Notes: a model not told the origin generated them from the letters alone. 64,000 nt of DNA from Candidatus Latescibacterota bacterium (GCA_963667175.2 CAXXXF010000012.1:224001-288000); one strand, 5' to 3'; positions 20,086-30,081 are shown, counted from the stretch's first letter. Translations and numbers: made by a program.

Positions 20086-20588
20086 ACCGACAGCAGCGAA
20101 ACCCCGTGCAGCTTTCTCACTTGCTGCGTCGGAACGATCGATTCGGCCAATTCCGAAAAGGTCTTGTTGAACACGGGATGGCGGCCGCGCGGCGCCAGCT
20201 CGCGCAGCGGAATCAGCACAAATGCCCGCTCGTGCAGCCTGGGATGGGGGATTTGCAGCTCCCGACCACGGATTATCTCATTCCCGTACAGGAGAACGTC
20301 CAGATCGAGGGACCGCGGGCCCCACCTCTGCTTCCGGACTCTCCCGAACCTCCTTTCGACCGCCAACAGACACGCAAGCAGCGCACTCGGTTCGAGATCC
20401 GTTTCCACCGCAAGCACCGCGTTCAGATACATCGGCTGCCCGGTGACACCGATCGGCGCGGTTTCATAAACCGGCGAGGCATTCCTGACGTCGAGTCCGT
20501 CGTGTTCGTGGAGCGTGGCCGCGGCCCGGCGCAATGCAGCCGTCCGGTCGTTCTGGTTCGCCCCCATACCGATGTAGGAGAGCGCCAT
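20076..20588 (-). CDS. folK: 6-hydroxymethyl-dihydropterin pyrophosphokinase
   Basis: YIGMGAN, WGPRSLDLDVL, IPHPRLHERAFVL. Confidence 0.95.
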   Translation of the reverse strand: MALSYIGMGANQNDRTAALRRAAATLHEHDGLDVRNASPVYETAPIGVTGQPMYLNAVLAVETDLEPSALLACLLAVERRFGRVRKQRWGPRSLDLDVLLYGNEIIRGRELQIPHPRLHERAFVLIPLRELAPRGRHPVFNKTFSELAESIVPTQQVRKLHGVSLLSVCT

Positions 20589-20591
20589 GGG

Positions 20592-20948
20592 TCATCCTCG
20601 CTCCACTTCGGCCTCAACGCCGTCGAACATCGCCTGGATGGGCGGATTGGGTTTGCGAACCCTCACGCGCAGTCGCTCAATTTGGTGACTCGACTGCAGA
20701 GCCTCCGCGATGCGGTCTGCGAGCGCTTCCACCAGACCGAATCGTTCTTCGGTGACGACCGACTTCGTCGTTTCATAAACCCGTGAATAGTCGACGGCGG
20801 TGGCGCCGCCGCCGCGGGCATAGCCCCGGAAGTCCGAAAAGATTTCCACGTCCACTTCGAACCACTGCCCCAGCTTCGCCTCCTCGGGAAACAGCCCATG
20901 GTAGGCATAAAACCTCATGTTTCTCAGGCGCAACACGTCGTTTCCCAT
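20592..20948 (-). CDS. folB: Dihydroneopterin aldolase
   Basis: FYAYHGLFPEE...GQWFEVDV, VDYSRVY, VRKPNPPI. Confidence 0.93.
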   Translation of the reverse strand: MGNDVLRLRNMRFYAYHGLFPEEAKLGQWFEVDVEIFSDFRGYARGGGATAVDYSRVYETTKSVVTEERFGLVEALADRIAEALQSSHQIERLRVRVRKPNPPIQAMFDGVEAEVERG

Positions 20949-21054
20949 TGCCAGTTTCAGCCACCTCCAGCCGACGTCGGAACCCTTGACTGCGCCGTGT
21001 TGTCCGGCCCGCGACGCGGGGGACGCCCGACGCCCTGCCCTTCGTTCGTTTATC

Positions 21055-21083
21055 AATATAAATGAACAAATGTGCAGAGTCAA
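21055..21083 (-). promoter_or_regulatory. sigma70 promoter of the folB operon
   Basis: TTGACT-17bp-TATATT. Confidence 0.6.
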
Positions 21084-21149
21084 CAAACCTCTCGACTCAG
21101 GCGCCGGTGGACCTCGCCTGCAACCGCGTGCTCCTGAGACAAAAAGCCC

Positions 21150-21178
21150 TTGACAACGCCGATTTTCGCCGTTATTGT
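21150..21178 (+). promoter_or_regulatory. Orphan sigma70-like promoter facing antisense into ygfZ
   Basis: TTGACA-17bp-TATTGT preceded by an A-tract. Confidence 0.4.
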
Positions 21179-21209
21179 ACGACGATGCGCTGTATCCGGG
21201 TCGACCCGT

Positions 21210-22271
21210 CTATCGCCGTACAAACGGCAGTTCGACGACCTCGGCGCGGCCTCCGCCGTCTACGGACAGCATCCGGCCGGGCCGTTCGAATCCCCGACGG
21301 ACGGAGGCCAGCGAAATCACCCGCCGCAGGGCCGGGGAGTCCAGGCCGCTTGTTATCCATCCGACCTGTCTTTCGCCGTCTCGAAGCGGTGTTTCAGCCG
21401 GCGGAACGGTTTCCGTGTCCACAAGGAGGCCAACCAGATACCGCCTGGGCTTGCCCAGATTGTGCATTTTGGCGATCGTTTCCTGTCCGATAAAACATCC
21501 TTTGGCGAAATCGACGGCGTGATGGAGGCCCGCTTCCAGCGGCACGACCCGCTCGTCCACGTCCACTCCGTAGCGCGGAATGCCGGATTCTATACGCATT
21601 GCTTCCAGTGCCCGGACACCCACGGGGCGCGCGCCGGCGGAAGCCAACGCGCTCCAGAGGCGGCGGGCCGGGACCGCCTCTGTCCGGAGATCGTAGCCGG
21701 GCTCTCCGGTATAGGCGCGCGCGGTCACGGACACATCCGCGCCTTCCAGGGTCCGGAAAACGGTATGGCAATCCGCAAGATCGACGGGCGCCTCGCCCAG
21801 GACACGCGCGATCAAGGCGCGGGAGCGCGGCCCGTGTACGCCCAACGTGGCCTGTGCCCCGGTTACGTCCTTGATGTCGACGTCGTCCGCGACCAGGTAT
21901 TTGTCCAGGGACGCCATCAGTTTTTCCTGCAATCCCGGCTCTGTCTCAAGCAGGAACCCATCCGCTCGGTGATACACCCATACGTCCGTCAGGGTCTGTC
22001 CCCGTGGCGTGGTCATCGTCGCATAATTGCCGGCCCCGGATTCCAGCCCCTCGACCGTATTGCTCAGCATCCCGTGCAAAAACCGCGCGCGATCCGAGCC
22101 GGTAACCAGCAGGTTGCCCCGGTTGCTCCGATCGACCAGACCCGCGGCCTCTCGAACAGAAGCGTATTCGGACGCGGGATCGCCGTAATGCGCAGCCGCC
22201 TCCATGCCGTCGATTGGTTCAAATACCGCGCCAGCCGCCAGTTTGGCTTCCCGCAACGATGGAACAGTCAT
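21210..22271 (-). CDS. ygfZ: YgfZ/GcvT-family folate-binding protein
   Basis: KGCFIGQE signature, ALEAMRIESG. Confidence 0.88.
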   Translation of the reverse strand: MTVPSLREAKLAAGAVFEPIDGMEAAAHYGDPASEYASVREAAGLVDRSNRGNLLVTGSDRARFLHGMLSNTVEGLESGAGNYATMTTPRGQTLTDVWVYHRADGFLLETEPGLQEKLMASLDKYLVADDVDIKDVTGAQATLGVHGPRSRALIARVLGEAPVDLADCHTVFRTLEGADVSVTARAYTGEPGYDLRTEAVPARRLWSALASAGARPVGVRALEAMRIESGIPRYGVDVDERVVPLEAGLHHAVDFAKGCFIGQETIAKMHNLGKPRRYLVGLLVDTETVPPAETPLRDGERQVGWITSGLDSPALRRVISLASVRRGFERPGRMLSVDGGGRAEVVELPFVRR

Positions 22272-22321
22272 TGAGCGACCTCCCGAATGAACGCCGAACA
22301 CACACTGTTACGACCTGCTGA

Positions 22322-22350
22322 AACTTATTTTGAACCCCAGGGCGTGTCAA
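22322..22350 (-). promoter_or_regulatory. sigma70 promoter of ygfZ
   Basis: TTGACA-17bp-TAAGTT. Confidence 0.55.
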
Positions 22351-22420
22351 GCAAAACCGGGGTGGCGACGCGGATTCCGGACAACCCTCCGAATCCCCGA
22401 CTGCGCGCCGCGTATCCGAC

Positions 22421-22987
22421 ATGAAACGCTTTCTGCCAACGGTCCTTCTGGCGCTCATCGCGTGCGGCGGCGGCCTGGGTCCGGGGCCGCCCGACGGTAC
22501 GGGCATCAAGGGAACCCTCATATTCAACGGCGAGTGGCCGCCGGAAACCGACGACGTCGCCGTGGCGGTCTATCGCCGTCGCCCGCAAACCCTGGCCGAA
22601 TTCTTCAACATTGCGGGCTGGGACACCACCGTGACGATCGGGGCGGTCCGGTACGAGTATTTCGTCCCCCTGGAAGAGCCGGGCGCCTATGAGTGGATTG
22701 TGGTGGCCTGGCGGCCCCGGGGCGGCTTCTGGAACTTCGAATCGCTGCTTGGCTGTTACCACGTTGGGAACGACACCCTGCCCACACCGGTGACGGTTCG
22801 CACAGGTGAAACCACGAAAAATGTCGACATTCAAACCTATTTCGACCTCGTGCAGGGCGCCGACCGGCCGGATCGGCACATTTGCACTGGTTTTCTGCCT
22901 CCTCTGCCCTCTCTTTCAGGGCTCAACGCTGCGGGCGGAAACCTCCGGCGCGATGTCGGGACGAACAATCGACAAGGCGACCGGTGA
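22421..22987 (+). CDS. Hypothetical lipoprotein
   Basis: MKRFLPTVLLALIAC lipobox; precedes a TonB-dependent receptor. Confidence 0.7.
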   Translation: MKRFLPTVLLALIACGGGLGPGPPDGTGIKGTLIFNGEWPPETDDVAVAVYRRRPQTLAEFFNIAGWDTTVTIGAVRYEYFVPLEEPGAYEWIVVAWRPRGGFWNFESLLGCYHVGNDTLPTPVTVRTGETTKNVDIQTYFDLVQGADRPDRHICTGFLPPLPSLSGLNAAGGNLRRDVGTNNRQGDR

Positions 22988-25034
22988 ACCGCTACCCGGC
23001 GCCAGCGTCGTATTGCTGGGTACCGGCATCGGAACCGAATCCGACGTCGAAGGAGAATTCAGCCTGACCGGTTTGCCGCCGGGCGTCTATACCGTCTCCG
23101 TCTCCCTGCTGGGTTTCGCGCCTCATGTGTCGAAAGACGTTGAGGTTGCCGCGAACGATACCCTCCGGCTGTCCGTTGGACTCTCGTCGACGCCCATCCA
23201 CATGCCAGCGATTGTGGTTTCCGCCAGCAAGCGCGCGCGAAACGTCGTCGACGCGCCAACAAGCGTCTCGCTCATCGGCTCTGAGGAAATCCAGTCCGAC
23301 AATTCCGTCACCCTGAACGAATCCCTGGAATACGTGCCTGGCGTGAATATGGTGGGAGGCCAGGTCAACATCCGGGGGTCAAGCGGATATTCCAGGGGAA
23401 CGGGAAGCCGCGTGCTGATGCTGATCGACGGCTTTCCGGCGCTGTCCGCGGACAACGGCGACGTCAAGTGGGACGCGATACCCATCGACCAGATCGCACG
23501 CGTGGAAGTCATCAAGGGCGCCGGATCCGCGCTTTACGGCACCGGAGCGCTTGGCGGCATCATCAATGTCATTACCCGGAATCCGTCGACCGATCCGGAG
23601 ACGCACGTCCGGTTCCTGGGCGGTCGATACAGCGAACCCGTGCATCAGGAGTGGCGATGGTCGTCGAGCGGGCGGTACTTCCAAGGAACGGATATCAGCC
23701 ATTCCCGGCAGTCAGGCAATACCGGGTTCATTCTGGGGGCCGGACAAAAATGGACGAACGGGTTCAGAGAAAATGCATGGCACCGGAGATACAAACTCTT
23801 CGCCAAACTCAGACATCGATTCAAGGCCGCGGCAACGATAACCGCGACATCCAACTGGGCCCTGGACGATCACGGTGCGTTCGTCCTGTGGAAAGACCGA
23901 AACGAGCCCCTGGAAGTGCCCGACAGCGCCAAGAACGACAAGACCGTATCCCAGAAGCTGAACCTGAACGTCGATTTCTATCACCTGCTCAATCCGCAGA
24001 CGGGTTATCGTCTCAAGTCATTTGTGTATCGCACGGAATTCGACAACGAAATCGGCAGTCGGACCTCGTCGGAAGCCTACAAGATCGGGCAGGAACTCCA
24101 GCTGGACCTCCAGCCAACCGGGAAGGTGGCGCTTACCGTCGGAGCTCAGTGGATTCGCGACGTTGTGAATTCTTCGGATCACCTCTTTGGCAATCACACC
24201 GGGCTCAACCTTGCCGCCTATGCCCAGGCCGAAATCGAAGCCACGGATCGGATGACGCTGTCCGGCGGCAGCCGCTACGATCGGTACCGCACCGACGACC
24301 GCGCCGCCGAGAACCGCCTCAGTCCCAAGCTGGGTTTCTCGTATCGCCCCTCCAGGCGAACCACGTTGCGCGCGACCCTGGGGTGGGGCTTCAGAGGCCC
24401 TGTGATCGCTGAAATCTACACCAATGCCACCTTCTCCGCGATTCCCATCGTTCCCAATACCGGACTTGTGGCGGAAAGAAGCATCTCCACGGAAATCGCC
24501 CTGGATCACCGGCCGACGTCGTGGTCACACGTAAACGCCGCGGCGTTCTGGAGTCGATATCAGGATCTCGTCGAAGCCCGTCCGGACGCAACCGGGCGGG
24601 TCAGTTTCAGGAACGTCGCCATGGGCCGGACGGCAGGTATCGAGACGAGTCTGGCGGCCGCGCTGGGTCCGGTTCGTCTTGAAGGGAACTATACCTTTAT
24701 CAGCGCGATCGAGAATCTGCCCGGCGGCGACCTGCCGCTGCCCTATCGCCCCAGGCACATTGCCGCGGCCGGTGCACGGGCCACGTCGGGCCGCCTGACG
24801 CTTGAAGGCCGTTTCAGGTTCAGAAGCCGGATCCTGCGCGCATCCGGACTCCTGCCGGAAGGGAACCGCGATCTGATTCCGGTCTACCTGATCGACCTCT
24901 CAACAGCGTACGCCATCGGCAAAGTCCAGGTGGTTCTGAAGGCGCATAACGCCCTGGCGTACAACTACGCCGTTGTGGAACGCAATCTGGGGTCGCCCAG
25001 ACGTATCTCTCTCGGCATTAACGCACGGTACTGA
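22821..25034 (+). CDS. TonB-dependent receptor
   Basis: CarboxypepD_reg-like N domain (TGEPLPGASV), plug (RVEVIKGAGSALYG..ALGGIINVIT), beta barrel ending in Y; start uncertain. Confidence 0.92.
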   Translation: MSTFKPISTSCRAPTGRIGTFALVFCLLCPLFQGSTLRAETSGAMSGRTIDKATGEPLPGASVVLLGTGIGTESDVEGEFSLTGLPPGVYTVSVSLLGFAPHVSKDVEVAANDTLRLSVGLSSTPIHMPAIVVSASKRARNVVDAPTSVSLIGSEEIQSDNSVTLNESLEYVPGVNMVGGQVNIRGSSGYSRGTGSRVLMLIDGFPALSADNGDVKWDAIPIDQIARVEVIKGAGSALYGTGALGGIINVITRNPSTDPETHVRFLGGRYSEPVHQEWRWSSSGRYFQGTDISHSRQSGNTGFILGAGQKWTNGFRENAWHRRYKLFAKLRHRFKAAATITATSNWALDDHGAFVLWKDRNEPLEVPDSAKNDKTVSQKLNLNVDFYHLLNPQTGYRLKSFVYRTEFDNEIGSRTSSEAYKIGQELQLDLQPTGKVALTVGAQWIRDVVNSSDHLFGNHTGLNLAAYAQAEIEATDRMTLSGGSRYDRYRTDDRAAENRLSPKLGFSYRPSRRTTLRATLGWGFRGPVIAEIYTNATFSAIPIVPNTGLVAERSISTEIALDHRPTSWSHVNAAAFWSRYQDLVEARPDATGRVSFRNVAMGRTAGIETSLAAALGPVRLEGNYTFISAIENLPGGDLPLPYRPRHIAAAGARATSGRLTLEGRFRFRSRILRASGLLPEGNRDLIPVYLIDLSTAYAIGKVQVVLKAHNALAYNYAVVERNLGSPRRISLGINARY

Positions 25035-25054
25035 ACCAGTTAAGGAGAATTCAC

Positions 25055-26023
25055 ATGAAGGCGATCCAGGTTTCCCGCACCGGCGGACCCGAGGTCCTGC
25101 GCTACATCGACGTCCCCAGTCCGGAACCCGCCTCCGGCGAGGTCCTGGTCAGAATCGACGCCATCGGTCTGAATTACATAGATACCTACCACCGCACGGG
25201 CCTCTATCCGCTCGATCTGCCCTTCATCCCCGGACTCGAAGCGGCGGGTACGGTGGAGGCTCTGGGTCCGGATGCCACCGAGTTCCGGCAGGGTGATCTC
25301 GTGGCCTACGCCGGAGTTCCCGCCTCCTATGCCCAGTACGTCGCCGCGCCGCAGGAGAGGCTCGTCAGACTTCCCGATGGGATGGACGCCCCCGCCGGCG
25401 CGGCCGCCATGCTCCAGGGGATGACGTCCCACTATCTCGTTCACAGTACCTGCAACGTCCTGGATGGCGACACCGTACTTATCCACGCGGCCGCGGGGGG
25501 CGTGGGTCTCATTCTGGTACAGATGGCGAAAATGCGGGGCGCACGCGTCATCGGGACGGTGTCAACGGAAGAAAAGGCGCAGCTGGCGCGGGGCGCCGGC
25601 GCAGATGAAGTCATAAGATACACCGAACAGGATTTCGAAGCCGAAGTCAAACGGCTCACGGACGGCCGGGGCGTGCACGTCGTATACGACTCTGTGGGGA
25701 AAACCACGTGGGAAAAGAGCATGAACTGCCTGTGCCCCAGGGGCTACCTCGTGCTGTTCGGCAATGCCAGCGGCCCGGTGCCGCCGGTCGATCCGCTGCT
25801 GCTCAGCCGTCTCGGCTCAATCTTCCTGACGCGCCCCACCCTTGTCGACTATACTGCGACCCGGGAGGAACTGCAACTTCGCGCCGGCGAGGTGCTGGGC
25901 TGGCTGCAGTCCGGCAGGCTCAGACTCCGCGTCGACCGTACGCTTCCGCTGTCGCAGGCCTCGGAAGCCCATCGACTCCTGGAAGGCAGACAGACAACGG
26001 GCAAAGTGCTCTTGACCCCGTAG
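25055..26023 (+). CDS. qor: NADPH:quinone oxidoreductase (zeta-crystallin type)
   Basis: GGPEVL, HAAAGGVG, YDSVGK, TTGKVLL. Confidence 0.92.
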   Translation: MKAIQVSRTGGPEVLRYIDVPSPEPASGEVLVRIDAIGLNYIDTYHRTGLYPLDLPFIPGLEAAGTVEALGPDATEFRQGDLVAYAGVPASYAQYVAAPQERLVRLPDGMDAPAGAAAMLQGMTSHYLVHSTCNVLDGDTVLIHAAAGGVGLILVQMAKMRGARVIGTVSTEEKAQLARGAGADEVIRYTEQDFEAEVKRLTDGRGVHVVYDSVGKTTWEKSMNCLCPRGYLVLFGNASGPVPPVDPLLLSRLGSIFLTRPTLVDYTATREELQLRAGEVLGWLQSGRLRLRVDRTLPLSQASEAHRLLEGRQTTGKVLLTP

Positions 26024-26128
26024 GAAACAGAGAAATACCGGGCGAACCGATCGTTCGTCCCGTTTTCCGTGTGCCACCGGGCGGCGCGCGTGAAAGCCGC
26101 TCGGCGCGATTGCACGCGGCGGTTCACC

Positions 26129-26878
26129 TCAGATGCGGATATCCCGCATGACGCCCCGGATATCCATCTCGAACTCGATCTCGATGACCGGTGGCCGCGC
26201 CCGGTACAGCCGGAAGCCATGGCGCTGCGCCCCTCCGACGCAGGGCAGCACGACCTCGTCCAGAATGCCCTCCAGAGGGTGAGCCGTGTAGACGTCCACC
26301 GTGGTCACCCGGTCCCAGTCCGCGCCCAGGCCCGCCAGCCGATCCGCCATCACCCGCGCCACGTACGCCGCTTTTTCCCGCAGTGCGCCGGAGCCTGTCT
26401 CACCCCGCCTCACAATGCCGCCGGCCGTCAGCACGCCGTCACGCAATTCACCGGCGCCCGCGATGACGAAGGTCCGGCTTTCCTGTTCACGACAGGGCAC
26501 GGTATACGAGAATGCGTGCATCACCGTCTCACCCGGCGGATCGTGCACCGGTGCAACGTTGGTTCGCGCAACCGGATTCAACCCCTCCACGCGCAGGTCC
26601 CAGGACGCCAGAAGGTCGCGATAGTCCGCGTTGAACCTGAGGAACCCCTTCATCGGATGAGGTTCGGGACAGCGCAGTTCCACCCCGCAAAGCGCGTGCC
26701 GGCCCCGGCCCGAGGCGCGAAGATGCCTCTCCGCTTTCCGGAATCCCTCGCGCCACGGTGGCGCGTCCATAAACGTCACGTGTACGATCTCGTACCCGGG
26801 CGCCGCAATAACGCCGCACGAATAGGGATCAATTCCTTTGAGGAATCGATATTGACCTTTTTTATTCTCAAATAGCAT
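26129..26878 (-). CDS. CnbZ-like (2-amino-5-chloromuconate deaminase-like, RidA-fold) protein
   Basis: YRFLKGIDPYSCGV, LCGVELRCP, NPVARTNV, FVIAGAGE, RPPVIEIEFEMDIRG. Confidence 0.7.
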   Translation of the reverse strand: MLFENKKGQYRFLKGIDPYSCGVIAAPGYEIVHVTFMDAPPWREGFRKAERHLRASGRGRHALCGVELRCPEPHPMKGFLRFNADYRDLLASWDLRVEGLNPVARTNVAPVHDPPGETVMHAFSYTVPCREQESRTFVIAGAGELRDGVLTAGGIVRRGETGSGALREKAAYVARVMADRLAGLGADWDRVTTVDVYTAHPLEGILDEVVLPCVGGAQRHGFRLYRARPPVIEIEFEMDIRGVMRDIRI

Positions 26879-26888
26879 AATAAGACGG

Positions 26889-27938
26889 TCAGGTGCTGAG
26901 ATACGCCATCAGCAACCGCGCCGAATTCAGAATCCCTTCCACCGAACAAATCTCGTACCCGTGGGTATTCTCTCCCGGATACGCGATACAGGCCGACCTG
27001 CCGGCCGACCCGACGCGTTTCGAAATGCTGGCGTCGCTCCCGTAGGAAGTCACCACGGCCGGCTGCGTCTGGAACCCCATCCGGTCCGCCAGCCCGTTCA
27101 GGCAGCGCAACGTCCGTTCATGGTAAACGCCCGACGCGTCGCCCCAGAGCAGAACCGGATTGCCGCAATTCTCAATCTGGTACTCCTCGGCAACCGGGGC
27201 GATATCCAGCGCGACCGCGGTCTGGGCGGGCAGTTGTCCGATTGAAAACGCGGCGCCCTGCGCGCCGATCTCCTCCTCTGAACTTGCAATGAGATAGACG
27301 TCGCGCGGCGGCGGTGTTTCCGCCAGATGCCTGGCCGCCTCGAGCAACACGGCCAGCCCGGCCCTGCAGTCCAGATTGTAACCGCAAATGAAATCACCCA
27401 TGTACACGGGTGATTTTCGGGACCTTGCGAGAACCGCCTTGCTGCCGCGATGTACGCCGAGCTCGCGCAGTTCACCGGCGGAGCGCTTGGTCTCGATCCA
27501 GAACGTCTCCCATTTTATCGCGCTGCCAGACTTCAGAGGACCCGCCGGACTCTCGTCGGATACATGTTTCGACCCTACGGACAGGATCCCCGTTACCGGT
27601 TCACCTTCCGTCAGAACGTCAACCGGACCCTCGCCCACGGCCCAGGGATGTAGCCCGCCCAGTGGTCGGACGCGAAGTCGACCGTCGTCCTGGACACGCC
27701 TGACCATCAGCGCGATCTCGTCCTTGTGTGCCGTGACGGCAACCGGCGCGCCGTCCCCGCGGCCCTCGAAATGGATCACGATGCTCTCTGCCGCATCCTG
27801 CCAGACCGACGCCGCGAACGGTCGCGCCTCGTCCATTACAATGGCGTCGACTTCCCCTTCGGCCCCCGGCGGGGCATGCGCGTTCAGGAGTCTTTCCAGC
27901 AATTTCAGGAGACGTAAACGGTCAATCGGCACATCCAT
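26889..27938 (-). CDS. M42 family metallopeptidase
   Basis: AHKDEI, LDCRAG, SEEEIG, GSDA, NTHGYE. Confidence 0.88.
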   Translation of the reverse strand: MDVPIDRLRLLKLLERLLNAHAPPGAEGEVDAIVMDEARPFAASVWQDAAESIVIHFEGRGDGAPVAVTAHKDEIALMVRRVQDDGRLRVRPLGGLHPWAVGEGPVDVLTEGEPVTGILSVGSKHVSDESPAGPLKSGSAIKWETFWIETKRSAGELRELGVHRGSKAVLARSRKSPVYMGDFICGYNLDCRAGLAVLLEAARHLAETPPPRDVYLIASSEEEIGAQGAAFSIGQLPAQTAVALDIAPVAEEYQIENCGNPVLLWGDASGVYHERTLRCLNGLADRMGFQTQPAVVTSYGSDASISKRVGSAGRSACIAYPGENTHGYEICSVEGILNSARLLMAYLST

Positions 27939-28206
27939 CGGAATGCCTCCATTCGACCTCGCCCGGTACGCCGTCGCGGCGCCGGATCGGACGTGCAACG
28001 AACACGAACCGGAATGAACGACGCGTAATTTACGTCAAACGCGTGACGCGGTCAAGACGGGGCCGGTCGGAGAGCCGATCTTGCGGCCGGCGTCGGGCGA
28101 AAGCCGGGATGAAGTCGCATCGGAACGGCCGAGAATCCGTTGTCCGCGCGTCCCAGAGTTACCGGAACTTCCGGAAACGGACTCCCGCGGTCTTCATCGG
28201 AAATTT

Positions 28207-28238
28207 CGCTTGACATCCAGGGAAGAACGCCGAATATT
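28207..28238 (+). promoter_or_regulatory. Promoter of the sigma factor gene; near-identical to 48085-48116
   Basis: TTGACA-17bp-AATATT. Confidence 0.6.
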
Positions 28239-28320
28239 TCCTTCGATTTCTTTCCCTTTCGCCCTCCCGCCGGCTGCCCTTTCCCATCCAACTTCCGCGT
28301 ATCCATTCGAGGTGATCTTC

Positions 28321-29184
28321 GTGACCAGAAAGAGCGGAATCTTCCGCAATGACGTGAAAGATTCATTGCACCGCTACCTGGAAGACGTAGCCACGTCCGA
28401 ACCGTTGACGGCCCAGGAGGAAGTCATCCTTGCGCGCCGCATCAGGAAGGGAGACCTCGACGCCCGCAGGAAACTCGTCGAGGCCAATCTTCGATTCGTC
28501 ATCACCGTGGCGCGCGAGTATCAGAACCAGGGCGTGCCGCTGGGGGATCTGATCAGCGCCGGCAACCTCGGGCTCATCACCGCGGCGGAGCGGTTCGACG
28601 AAACCAGGGGGTTCAAGTTCATATCCTACGCGGTCTGGTGGATTCGCCAGTCCATCCTGCAAACCCTGGCGGAACACTCCAGGGTCGTGCGCCTTCCGCT
28701 GAACCGGGTGGATCTCTTGCGCCGCATTTCCCGCTACGTGAACAACAGACAACAGGAGACGTCCGGGCGACCCCCGGAAGAAGAGATCGCGAAGGAGCTG
28801 GGCATCACGGTCGAACAGGTGGTCGATACACTTGCCAGCGGACAGCGCATCCTCTCGCTCGACATGACCTTCGGCGAAGACGAGGAGAACAGCCTTCTGG
28901 AAATCATGACGGACGAAAACCAGGAATCGCCCGACCATTTGCTCATGCGGAATTCACTTGAAGATGAAATATTCGCGGCACTGGACACACTGGAAGAGAG
29001 GGAACGAGAGGTCATTCGACTCTATTTCGGCCTGGGCGGCGATACCGAAATGACCCTTGAAGAAATCGGCATCCGGTTCAGGCTCACGCGTGAACGCGTC
29101 CGGCAGATCAAGGAAAAGGCACTCAGGAAGCTTCGCCACCCGACCCGGGGACGAAAACTCATGCCCTATTCCGACGGCGCGTGA
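28321..29184 (+). CDS. RNA polymerase sigma factor, RpoD/SigA family (no region 1.1)
   Basis: LVEANLRFV, GFKFISYAVWWIRQSI, MTLEEIG, TRERVRQIKEKAL; GAGGTG RBS before GTG. Confidence 0.95.
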   Translation: MTRKSGIFRNDVKDSLHRYLEDVATSEPLTAQEEVILARRIRKGDLDARRKLVEANLRFVITVAREYQNQGVPLGDLISAGNLGLITAAERFDETRGFKFISYAVWWIRQSILQTLAEHSRVVRLPLNRVDLLRRISRYVNNRQQETSGRPPEEEIAKELGITVEQVVDTLASGQRILSLDMTFGEDEENSLLEIMTDENQESPDHLLMRNSLEDEIFAALDTLEEREREVIRLYFGLGGDTEMTLEEIGIRFRLTRERVRQIKEKALRKLRHPTRGRKLMPYSDGA

Positions 29185-29206
29185 ACCGGAACCGTACAAC
29201 GATTCA

Positions 29207-29239
29207 GGCCGAGGCCGGACGTCCGGCCTCGGTTTTTTT
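29207..29239 (+). terminator. Intrinsic terminator
   Basis: ccgaggccggac/gtccggcctcgg palindrome followed by T7. Confidence 0.85.
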
Positions 29240-30081
29240 CATCCCCTATCGCCGGCAATTACGCCCACTTCCTCCGCCGTCGCCCACAGCAGTGGTACGA
29301 GCAGGTCCTCCTGAACCGAACCGTCGTGCATACCGAGATTCCCGCTCTCGTCCTCAACGCCGCGCGGAGACTCGTGCATCCCGTGATCCGCAACGATCAC
29401 GACTGCATATCCGGAGGTCGCGAGAGAGGACAGAAGGCCCTTCATGCGCCGGTCCGTGTTCACGGCGGCCTCGCGGACCTCCGGCGTATAGGGGCCGAAT
29501 CTGTGACCGGCTTCGTCTATATCGAGCAGATGTACGAACGCGAATCCGGGCGAATCTTCAACAATCAAGTCGGGCACCCGGCTGTAGATTTCCAGATCGT
29601 TTCGTTCCTCGGCCAGGACGGTCCTGTCGGCAAACCGTTCGATATCCAGACCCGCCACGTCCCGTTTGTGCACGGCCATCAACGTCTGTCCGCCCGCGGC
29701 CCTGACTCGATCGAAAACGGAATCCATATCCGGGGATCGTGTCGCGTGGATCATCGTCTGTAAATCCGTCACGCCATGGGAGGCCGGAGAACTGCCGGTC
29801 AACATCGTCGAGATGCAGATATACGTCATGGACGGCAGCACGGATTGGATTTCGAGGCGCCGAAGCGCCGCGACCCGGTTGAACACCGGCACGGAATCGC
29901 GAACGTACGCCCACAACGACGAACCGAAACCGTCAACCACCACCAGTGCCAGCCGGTCGGCCGCAGCCAGGGTCTCGATGACGGCGGCGATCGGCGGCGC
30001 CTCGGCCCCACGGGGGGCGGGCACGTTTAGTACGCGGGCAACGGTCGGAGCGATCGCCCGCAAGTCGATGGATTCAGCCAT
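29239..30081 (-). CDS. Alkaline phosphatase superfamily (nucleotide pyrophosphatase-like) protein
   Basis: VVVDGFG, SVLPSMT, DIDEAGH, IVADHGMH, GMHDG. Confidence 0.82.
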   Translation of the reverse strand: MAESIDLRAIAPTVARVLNVPAPRGAEAPPIAAVIETLAAADRLALVVVDGFGSSLWAYVRDSVPVFNRVAALRRLEIQSVLPSMTYICISTMLTGSSPASHGVTDLQTMIHATRSPDMDSVFDRVRAAGGQTLMAVHKRDVAGLDIERFADRTVLAEERNDLEIYSRVPDLIVEDSPGFAFVHLLDIDEAGHRFGPYTPEVREAAVNTDRRMKGLLSSLATSGYAVVIVADHGMHESPRGVEDESGNLGMHDGSVQEDLLVPLLWATAEEVGVIAGDRG

